From positions 13,725 to 77,724 of the forward strand of contig CADBRR010000020.1 in the NCBI GenBank assembly GCA_902797145.1: a DNA stretch of 64,000 bases, in the 5' to 3' direction. The translations under genes were made by a program, and so were the position numbers. Shown here one piece after another: positions 28,829 to 36,008 of the stretch. Numbering within the stretch: the stretch's first letter is position 1; the number at the start of each line of letters is the position of its first letter. The notes beneath the pieces were generated by a model. That model saw only the letters and a program-made list of their open reading frames with translations, was not told the origin of the DNA and made no database searches. Source of the stretch: an uncultured Eubacteriales bacterium (lineage in GTDB: Bacteria; Bacillota; Clostridia; Christensenellales; CAG-138).

Positions 28829-29977
28829 TTATTCACCTGCTATCCATCCGCCGCCTACATCACGGCCTAAATCACAAGTATATCTCCATTCGCAGACATC
28901 GCCATCCTGAAGAATATATCTTGAACAGCCATAATTTGGATACCAGCCGTTTACCCTGAACATCCAACCCGAAAGCTGACCACAATCAAACTCATAAAGA
29001 TTGCCAATTCCCTCAATATATGCGCTATCATATGCAGGTGTCCACGATGCTTCAAGATGAATATTGTTTTCACGGCAAACCCTCTGCAATACATCAAATA
29101 CTGATTCGCCTGCGCTGAACTCAACTGTTACAGCCTTTAATATAACACCATCTTTAGGAAGTATATCGAGTTTTTCAGAGCTTAAATCTCCAAGATTATT
29201 AAAAATTGTTGAACATTCGATTGAGAATGTACAATGCCATTTTTTTGACTCATCAACCTTTTGATCTTCGGGATTTACAGGCTCCTGTTTTCCGCTCGGT
29301 ACGGGATCTGTTTGATACTTATCCTGTTCATTTCTCGTTCCATCAGAAATTTTAACGCTGCCTGCTTCGCCAAGCTTCGTTGTTGAACCTGAAAGATATT
29401 CGTCCTGCTCATTAGTGTTCTGAGGGTCGATATCGCCTTGATTTTCAGGATTATTGTTATAATCAACAACAGCTTCTTTATGCTCGTCACCCTTTACGAT
29501 ATATTCCTTAATCCCCTGTTTGATTGAGAAATTTATGATTGACGGAGTACCTGTCGTTATTGATGCGCCGCAAAGCGAGTTATAATTTACATCAAATACT
29601 GTTGCAGTAAGTGCTTCCCAGCTTTCAGGAACATATACTGAAAGGACTGTATTAAAATCAACATCTCCATTTAAAGTTACCTTAAAGCTTTCGTTTTCAT
29701 AAAGCTCAACGATAACGGACATATCCGTATCCTTTGCATCGCTAATATCTGAACCGAATACTGTCCATTCATATTTTATTCCATTCTTATCCGTACCTGT
29801 AAGCGTAAGAACGGAATTATCATTCTTTATTTTTGAAAAAGTGCTTTTTGAAACTATACCGTTTTCGGGTATTTCAACCTTGCCCGAAAAAACAGTATCA
29901 TTAGCGGCAGTCGAACAGCCTACAGCCATTACAGCCATAAGCAGCGACAACAAAATTATAAATGCACGTTTAATCAT
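28829..29977 (-). CDS. Lipoprotein with a C-terminal DUF4430 (transcobalamin-like beta) domain
   Basis: Lipobox LMAVMAVG-C. A low-complexity linker rich in D/E/Q/P/N. C-terminal FDVLQRV...YIEGIGNLYEFDCGQLSGWMFRVNGWYPNYGCSRYILQDGDVCEWRYTCDLGRDVGG. Confidence 0.85.
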   Translation of the reverse strand: MIKRAFIILLSLLMAVMAVGCSTAANDTVFSGKVEIPENGIVSKSTFSKIKNDNSVLTLTGTDKNGIKYEWTVFGSDISDAKDTDMSVIVELYENESFKVTLNGDVDFNTVLSVYVPESWEALTATVFDVNYNSLCGASITTGTPSIINFSIKQGIKEYIVKGDEHKEAVVDYNNNPENQGDIDPQNTNEQDEYLSGSTTKLGEAGSVKISDGTRNEQDKYQTDPVPSGKQEPVNPEDQKVDESKKWHCTFSIECSTIFNNLGDLSSEKLDILPKDGVILKAVTVEFSAGESVFDVLQRVCRENNIHLEASWTPAYDSAYIEGIGNLYEFDCGQLSGWMFRVNGWYPNYGCSRYILQDGDVCEWRYTCDLGRDVGGGWIAGE

Positions 29978-30650
29978 CAGCTATTGTCCTCCCATCAACG
30001 GTATTAAGAGTATTTTTCGTCATAGCAAGGCTCTGCGAGCTATCCGATGCTGCAAGAACCGCATCTTCAATTACGAAATTCATTACATCGCCTTTAATTA
30101 CACTGCCACGAAGTTTGAATTTGAGCCTTACAAGGATATTTCTATCCTCTTTACTAAATCCTTCGCTCGTAAAAGCATACTTGCCTGCTGTTTGGTCGAG
30201 GTACATAATATTTATAAGCCCGATATCGTTTGAACGCTCATTATTTACGCCCCAATTCGGCAAATCGAAGCCATTATCAGCAAGCACAAACACGTTACCT
30301 TCCTCTATGCCCATAAACTCAAGCCTTGATTTATCAAATGAAATCGAAAAGCTTGCAGCAGGGTACAATACGCCCTCAGGCATATCTGAAAGAGGTATAT
30401 CTATAGTAAATTCCCTATCGCCCGATATACTTACTTTTGAAGGTACATCAAGTTTAATTGTAGGTTTGGCGTAGTTTTTCCTCAGTATAAAAAACAGCGT
30501 TACACCCAATGCGATAAGCAATAATATAAGCAAAATTATAAGAAGAATTCTTTTTTTCTTTTTCTTTTCTTCCTGTTCTTGTTCTGTTATTTTAATATCA
30601 TTTATCTGTTCCATAATCTTGAATAAATGCGTTTTAACGCAACTTCCCAT
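29970..30650 (-). CDS. N-terminally TM-anchored cohesin-like protein
   Basis: 226 aa. A Lys-rich stretch precedes one TM helix (ILLIILLILLLIALGVTLFFIL). Then a ~150-aa beta-domain follows with a cohesin-like pattern (FTIDIPLSDMP..ASFSISFDKSRLEFMGIEEG...LVRLKFKLRG). The start codon is uncertain (30650 or 30614). Confidence 0.65.
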   Translation of the reverse strand: MGSCVKTHLFKIMEQINDIKITEQEQEEKKKKKRILLIILLILLLIALGVTLFFILRKNYAKPTIKLDVPSKVSISGDREFTIDIPLSDMPEGVLYPAASFSISFDKSRLEFMGIEEGNVFVLADNGFDLPNWGVNNERSNDIGLINIMYLDQTAGKYAFTSEGFSKEDRNILVRLKFKLRGSVIKGDVMNFVIEDAVLAASDSSQSLAMTKNTLNTVDGRTIADD

Positions 30651-30766
30651 ATTTTTTATCAGGGCAGAAGTTGCCTCCTGCCCTCTTTCTAATTTTCACG
30701 AGCTTCTATTTATGAATGGAGTATATCTGAAGCTGTGTATTATTTCATTCCCCTATAATTATAAGA

Positions 30767-33547
30767 TTAGTTTGCGCTGAATCTTGCACCGTATGTTACA
30801 ACGATGAATTCTGTGCCGTTTACGAAGTTATCAACGATACCAAGTGCATCATATGTGTTGATTCTTGAATCGCCGTTTACGTTCATTGCGAGCATTGTAT
30901 CGTCAGTTGTAACTTCTGTCTTTCTGAGCCATGCGTTTACTGTATCAAGTGCATCCTGTGCATTGATAACGCCGTCAGCGTTTACATCACCGAATGTGAT
31001 TGAAGCAGGTGTACCTGCAACCATTGTATAGTTAGCAACCTTGTTCATTTCGTCCATTGATGTTTCAGCTGCAACCATTGTTACGTATGTAGCAACGCCT
31101 GTCTTATCTGAAAGCTGCTTGTTGTAACGGAGAACTGTACCGTCTGTGTATGTGATTGTTGTTGCGACTTCGAGTTCTGTTACGAGTACTGCAACTGCCT
31201 TCTTGTCAGCAGGAATGATGTCGATGCCATCGCCTGTGTAGAGTTCATATGCGAATACTGCAACTTCCTTCTTGAGTTCTGATGTTGCCTTTGATGAATC
31301 TGTCATTGTGTTGATTACATGAATCATCTTAGGATCCTGTGAATCGCTGCCGAGCTTCAATGACATACCTGTGATTGCGAAATCAACTGTCTTAGCTTCG
31401 AGAACTTCGTCCATTGTGAATGTTACTGTGAACAAGTCAGCCGGGAATTCTGTAGCGTTTACAACAACGTTTTCATATGTTTCAAGGTTTGCATATACAA
31501 CACGGAGTTTGCCTGTTGCTTCTTCAACATAGTAATATACGCTGCCGCCTGTGAGGTTATTTGTAGCCTGAACGTCTGTTACTCTGAGTCCTTCAGGAAC
31601 TGTAACTATCATATCAACGAGCTTATAATCCTTTGTGCTGTCCCAACCTGTAAGACCGATCTGTGCATTGAATGTTGAACCAGCCTTGTTTGTTACGATA
31701 GCGGGAGTGTTGATATATGATTCAATCTTGAGGAAACCGTTTTCATCGTATTCGGGATTTACGGGTTCTTCTGTCATAACGTCTGTCATATCATAAAGGC
31801 GTGTCTTACCATCGAGCATTCTCTGGTATGAAACAAGTGTGTAGAGAGCCTGTTCTGTAGCCATGCCATCAACACTACCTGTAGCAACATGCTTGAAAGC
31901 ACCGTTATCATAGAAGCTCATGAGTGCATCAACGAGTGAAATATTGTTCTTTATAAATCTTTCATCTTCCTGAGGATCAATGCCCAATGCAACGAGTGCA
32001 CAGATTGTCTGTGAAATGCTTTCTGAGCTTGTAGAACCCCATGATGTGTAGCCACCTTCATCGTTCTGGTTAGCTGAAAGCCATACGAGTGCTTCGTCTA
32101 CTGCTGTCTTTACTGCTTCGTTTGTTGTGTAGTAAGGAGCAAGTGCCTGGATTGTCATTGATGTAATATCAACATCAGCCTTTGTGCCTGAAAGTCCCCA
32201 GCCACCTGTTGCACACTTCTTTTCAACAATGTAGTTGATGAATTCGTTTCTCAAGTTAGCATCTGTTGTTTCATAGTTTCTTGAATCAAGTGCGATGAGT
32301 GCATAAACAGGACCATTGAGACCCTGCCATGATACATCTGACAATACATTCAAAGGAGCTACGATGTTCTTGCCAGCGATAGCTGTTGCATCCTTGTTAA
32401 TTGATGACAAACCGATAATAACTCTTGAGTTATCTGTAAGCTTTCTTGAATGGAGCTTACCTGCTTCTGTAGCGTGTTCGTTTACATATTCAACAACCTT
32501 TGTGTAGTAATCTGTGAAAATAGCATTGTCAAGGTCATACTTTTCTGATCTTGCAAGACCAAGAACTGCCCATTCACCACCTGTAGCACCAACGCTCAAG
32601 CCGTTAGTTTCTGCAAGATTATAAACATGTTCAAGTGTTGCATTGAGTGTATCTGTAATGTCAACTCTCTGATGTTCAGCGCCACCCTGTGCTGCTTCTA
32701 TCAACTGCTGTGCATCAATATCAATCTGGTTAGTGAGCAAATCAATGTCAGCCTGTTCTGTATTAAGAACCTTACAAGCTTCAACATATGCATCAATTGC
32801 TGTTGTAAAGTCATCGTTTGTGCCATAGAGTTCATTGCTCTTATACTTTACGATTGCCTGATAAAGAGCTGATCTGTTGCCTGCTGCATACAAAGGTTCC
32901 ATACCCCAAACCTGATCTGTACCAAGGTCTGCGCCATATCCATAGACTGAGAACTGCCAACGGATAACAGGAATGTTATTAACTACAGGGTAATCTGCGG
33001 GCTGATCGGGCTCGTTTACGAGGAGCCATGCGCCTGCGCCCTTGTTGATCATGTAATTGTTTACTGTTACCATCCAGCCTGCAGAGCTTGTGTAGTCAAA
33101 TTCACCAAGGTTAGCGTCTGAATTTGTTTCGCTTTCAATAAGTTCAACAAATGTTTCGTTTTCCATAAGGAAATCCGGGAATTCAGCAGGAACTGAAGGA
33201 TCATCTATATTGTCGATCGTGCCCATATAGAATGAATCTGAAGCCCAACCGTCACCTGTTGATTCAACAGTAATTCCGAGGCTATCAAATACATAGCCTG
33301 TTGCCATAGCTGCTGTGATAGCTTCTTTTTCAACATTGTACTTATTCATAATATCCTGATAAGCAACAAATGTAGGTTCGATAAAGAAGCCTTTACCGAT
33401 TGAAAGCCCTTCAAGACTTACGATACAACCTTCTTCAGCATCCTTTGTTGTAACAACAACATTCTTTGCTGCGAATGCGGTTGCAGACACTACTTGCAAT
33501 ACCATGAGCATTACAAGCAAAAATGCCACAAATTTTGTCTTCTTCAT
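30767..33547 (-). CDS. Secreted 926-aa protein: DUF4430 domain + prenyltransferase-like alpha/alpha-toroid repeats + cohesin-like module + C-terminal dockerin
   Basis: Signal peptide MKKTKFVAFLLVMLMVLQVVSATAFA. DUF4430-like SSAGWMVTVNNYMINKGAGAWLLVNEPD. Toroid repeats GGWGLSGTKADVDITSMTIQAL and NDEGGYTSWGSTSSESISQTICALVALG. Cohesin-like FNAQIGLTGW...LRVVYANL...FTVTFTM. Dockerin GDVNADGVINAQDAL...NVNGDSRINTYDAL at ~30815-30991. Confidence 0.85.
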   Translation of the reverse strand: MKKTKFVAFLLVMLMVLQVVSATAFAAKNVVVTTKDAEEGCIVSLEGLSIGKGFFIEPTFVAYQDIMNKYNVEKEAITAAMATGYVFDSLGITVESTGDGWASDSFYMGTIDNIDDPSVPAEFPDFLMENETFVELIESETNSDANLGEFDYTSSAGWMVTVNNYMINKGAGAWLLVNEPDQPADYPVVNNIPVIRWQFSVYGYGADLGTDQVWGMEPLYAAGNRSALYQAIVKYKSNELYGTNDDFTTAIDAYVEACKVLNTEQADIDLLTNQIDIDAQQLIEAAQGGAEHQRVDITDTLNATLEHVYNLAETNGLSVGATGGEWAVLGLARSEKYDLDNAIFTDYYTKVVEYVNEHATEAGKLHSRKLTDNSRVIIGLSSINKDATAIAGKNIVAPLNVLSDVSWQGLNGPVYALIALDSRNYETTDANLRNEFINYIVEKKCATGGWGLSGTKADVDITSMTIQALAPYYTTNEAVKTAVDEALVWLSANQNDEGGYTSWGSTSSESISQTICALVALGIDPQEDERFIKNNISLVDALMSFYDNGAFKHVATGSVDGMATEQALYTLVSYQRMLDGKTRLYDMTDVMTEEPVNPEYDENGFLKIESYINTPAIVTNKAGSTFNAQIGLTGWDSTKDYKLVDMIVTVPEGLRVTDVQATNNLTGGSVYYYVEEATGKLRVVYANLETYENVVVNATEFPADLFTVTFTMDEVLEAKTVDFAITGMSLKLGSDSQDPKMIHVINTMTDSSKATSELKKEVAVFAYELYTGDGIDIIPADKKAVAVLVTELEVATTITYTDGTVLRYNKQLSDKTGVATYVTMVAAETSMDEMNKVANYTMVAGTPASITFGDVNADGVINAQDALDTVNAWLRKTEVTTDDTMLAMNVNGDSRINTYDALGIVDNFVNGTEFIVVTYGARFSAN

Positions 33548-33570
33548 ATTAAGAAAACCTCCTTAGATTA

Positions 33571-33602
33571 ATAAAAAAGTGTATCACCGTCCGGGGATAC
33601 AT
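33571..33602 (-). terminator. Intrinsic terminator forming the riboswitch expression platform
   Basis: Minus strand reads tgtatcccc-ggac-ggtgataca (9-bp stem, one mismatch) followed by cttttttatt. It lies ~25 nt upstream of the AAGGAGG RBS of the 926-aa gene. Confidence 0.8.
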
Positions 33603-33689
33603 AAGCAAGCACATTCGTAGCACAAACTAACGAACTTCAAGAAATTTTATTTTAAATAAAACTGCTGTTTGCCCTCGTCTTTCCTCGAA

Positions 33690-33885
33690 ACGATTACAAT
33701 CAACAATGCGGCAGGTCTTCTGACTTATGGCCTCTTTGATATTCGCAGGGTAACTTACTCATATCACTTCCTACCAGCTCCGACTTCCCAAACAAATTAT
33801 GATTCGTTCAGTGTTAAATTGAGCTTTCGTTGCCACTTACAGCAGCGGGACTGTTACGGACTCTCACCGTATTCCCTTTTAATTT
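33690..33885 (-). promoter_or_regulatory. Cobalamin (AdoCbl-type) riboswitch
   Basis: Minus strand reads AAGGGAAUACGGUGAGAGUCCGUAACAGUCCCGCUGCUGUAA ... CACUG...GGGAAG ... B12 box AAGUCAGAAGACCUGCCGC (plus-strand 33708-33725). This matches the conserved core as I know it. Confidence 0.9.
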
Positions 33886-33921
33886 GATATATATCAATTT
33901 GTTTGTATTGATTTATATCAA
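33884..33921. repeat. Two tandem 14-bp palindromes TTGAT-N4-ATCAA between the promoter and the riboswitch
   Basis: 33884-33897 ttgatatatatcaa is a perfect palindrome. 33908-33921 ttgatttatatcaa has one deviation. Their centres are 24 bp apart. Confidence 0.6.
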
Positions 33922-33941
33922 AACCGTATCGTTACATAATA

Positions 33942-33970
33942 AGTATATCATTACCTCAAACCATTGTCAA
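33942..33970 (-). promoter_or_regulatory. Promoter of the riboswitch operon (TTGACA-17-TATACT)
   Basis: Minus strand reads gtgTTGACAatggtttgaggtaatgaTATACTt. The predicted TSS is near 33935, ~50 nt upstream of the riboswitch core. Confidence 0.65.
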
Positions 33971-34022
33971 CACCTTTTTACATTAAAAGCTATGAAAAGA
34001 ATATAATATATAATTTCAATTA

Positions 34023-34051
34023 AAAAAGACTCTTAAAATCTAAGAGTCTTT
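34023..34051 (-). terminator. Intrinsic terminator downstream of the tRNA-fMet/tRNA-Met pair
   Basis: Minus strand reads aaagactctta-gatttt-aagagtcttt followed by a T-run. Confidence 0.75.
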
Positions 34052-34053
34052 AT

Positions 34054-34130
34054 TGGTAGCGGCAATCTGATTCGAACAGATGACACTCCGGGTATGAACC
34101 GAATGCTCTAGCCAGCTGAGCTATGCCGCC
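34054..34130 (-). tRNA. tRNA-Met (CAT), elongator type
   Basis: GGCGGCATAGCTCAGCTGGCTAGAGCATTCGGTTCATACCCGGAGTGTCATCTGTTCGAATCAGATTGCCGCTACCA folds as a cloverleaf. The anticodon loop is TTCATAC and CCA is encoded. Confidence 0.9.
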
Positions 34131-34146
34131 ATATTATTAACTTAAA

Positions 34147-34224
<78 letters not shown>

Positions 34225-34351
34225 TCGTCAACTCAAAACGCACTTTCTGAATGCAATATTTATTGTACCACGGCAAAACAAATAAGTCAAGTCTTTTTTT
34301 TAAAATTTTTTATTGATTTTTTATTTTATTTAGTTTATAATATGTTTGTAT

Positions 34352-34427
34352 GCTGATGTAGCTCAGTAGGTAGAGCACTTCATTGGTAATGAAGAGGTAG
34401 GCAGTTCGAATCTGCTCATCAGCTCCA
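34352..34427 (+). tRNA. tRNA-Thr (GGT)
   Basis: GCTGATGTAGCTCAGTAGGTAGAGCACTTCATTGGTAATGAAGAGGTAGGCAGTTCGAATCTGCTCATCAGCTCCA. TTGATT-17-TATAAT promoter at 34313-34341. Confidence 0.92.
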
Positions 34428-34483
34428 TGTTCCACATTATTATTTTGTGGGGCTTTTTATTTTTTATACTTATTACATTTAAA

Positions 34484-34518
34484 AAATCAAAAACAGCAGG
34501 CTTTTATCGTCTGCTGTT
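34484..34518 (-). terminator. Intrinsic terminator downstream of murC
   Basis: Minus strand reads aacagcag-acgataaaagc-ctgctgtt followed by tttttgatttttt. Confidence 0.75.
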
Positions 34519-34532
34519 TATTAACCTCACAT

Positions 34533-35912
34533 TCAATCTTCAAGGAACAATCTTGTCTTTATATAAACATCTCCGCTGCCCAGTGTAAGAACCAAGTCGC
34601 CCTCTTTTGCGTTTTCGTCAAGATATTTTTTTATCTCCTCAAAAGTCGGTATATACAGTGCCTCAACACCGCCCTCGTTTATAGCCTTAACCATATCCTT
34701 TGCATGAACTATACCTGTATCCTTTTCTCTACCGGGATAAATATCCGGTACAAGAACCAAGTCTGCGCCATCGAAGCAATTTACATTCTCTGTAAACAAT
34801 GTTTTTGCCCTCGTATAGCTATTGCACTGGAAAACGCAGATAAGTCTTTTTTGAGCAACTTTCCTTGCTGCGCTAACCGTTGCCCTAACCTCAGCAGGAT
34901 GATGAGCATAATCGTGATAAATCTTAACTCCGTTCTTCTCACCATAGAACTCAAATCTTCTTCTTGTCGGTCTGAACTCAAAAAGGGAGCTTTCGATTTT
35001 ATCCATATCCGCATTGAGCGTCAGCGCAGTAACTGTTGCGGCGAGTGCATCAATCATATTATGTTCACCCGGAACGCAAAGCTTAATATGACCTATAACT
35101 TCGCCATTATGCGCAACATCAAATTCAGGATTACCCATATCGTATGAAACGTTCACAGGAACGAACTGAGCATTATTCAAGCCATAAGTTATAACATTTT
35201 TAACCTTATGGGGTTCTTTGAGAAGCTCTCTTACATATTTATCATCGTTGCAGGCGATAATAGTTCCGTCTTCGGGCAAAAGTGCAATATACTTTCTAAA
35301 CGCATTAACTATATTATCCATCGTCTTGAAATAATCAAGATGATCGTTATCAATATTGTTTATAACAGCAACAGTTGGTCTTAAAGTTAAGAAGCTTTCG
35401 ACATATTCGCACGCCTCTGTAACGAACAAATCGTGTGAACCCAATCTTACTCCACCGTTTAAGAACTCAACAAAACCGCCAACGTGACAAGTTGCATCAA
35501 ATGCGCCATTCTGTGCCATAAGCGAAAGCATTGAAGTTATAGTAGTTTTACCATGGCAGCCGGCTATACCGACAACGTGTTTATAATCTTCAGAGAGCTG
35601 ACCCAAAGCAACGGAGCGTTCAATTTGAGGTATTCCTCTTCTTTTTGCCTCTACCCTTTCAACGTTATCTTCCTTTATAGCGGCTGAATATATTACCATA
35701 TCGCAATCCTTAATATTATCTGCGCTATGACCTATTGTAACCGGGATTGAAAGTTCTTCAAGCCTTTTAGTAAACGGCGACACATTAGCATCAGAGCCTT
35801 GAACATAATAGCCCTTTGCATTGAGTATTCGAGCAATACCGTTCATTGAACAGCCGCCTATACCTATAAGGTGAATTTTTTTATGATTTCTTATATGATT
35901 ACTATTATCCAT
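34533..35912 (-). CDS. murC: UDP-N-acetylmuramate--L-alanine ligase
   Basis: IHLIGIGGCSMNGIA and GIAGCHGKTTIT motifs. Internal ATG at 35912 chosen, which has a GGGGA RBS; the 30-aa N-terminal extension in the ORF track is unlikely. Confidence 0.92.
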   Translation of the reverse strand: MDNSNHIRNHKKIHLIGIGGCSMNGIARILNAKGYYVQGSDANVSPFTKRLEELSIPVTIGHSADNIKDCDMVIYSAAIKEDNVERVEAKRRGIPQIERSVALGQLSEDYKHVVGIAGCHGKTTITSMLSLMAQNGAFDATCHVGGFVEFLNGGVRLGSHDLFVTEACEYVESFLTLRPTVAVINNIDNDHLDYFKTMDNIVNAFRKYIALLPEDGTIIACNDDKYVRELLKEPHKVKNVITYGLNNAQFVPVNVSYDMGNPEFDVAHNGEVIGHIKLCVPGEHNMIDALAATVTALTLNADMDKIESSLFEFRPTRRRFEFYGEKNGVKIYHDYAHHPAEVRATVSAARKVAQKRLICVFQCNSYTRAKTLFTENVNCFDGADLVLVPDIYPGREKDTGIVHAKDMVKAINEGGVEALYIPTFEEIKKYLDENAKEGDLVLTLGSGDVYIKTRLFLED

Positions 35913-36008
35913 TTTAATTTCCCCTATCGAATAAATGCATAATTCAAAACACAAAAACTTCGAGTCTATTATTATTTGCTGTTTGTATTTTGCATTATGC
36001 ATTAAGAT

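Noticed and set aside
30520-30570. Purine/pyrimidine-rich low-complexity run (ttttttctttttcttttcttcc)
   Set aside because: It encodes the EEKKKKKKR juxtamembrane stretch of the cohesin-like protein, so it is not an independent repeat element.
33669-33887. 72-aa plus-strand ORF
   Set aside because: It lies antisense to the cobalamin riboswitch. The region is explained by the RNA element, and there is no RBS.
35913-36002. N-terminal extensions of ORF-track calls: murC here, and likewise hpt 45701-45811, RR 13533-13628, AlkD-like 7200-7304, pgm 53706-53759, cupin 60730-60810 and the dockerin protein 18193-18225
   Set aside because: The internal start codons have proper RBSs, match the expected family N-termini and avoid overlaps with upstream genes or terminators.
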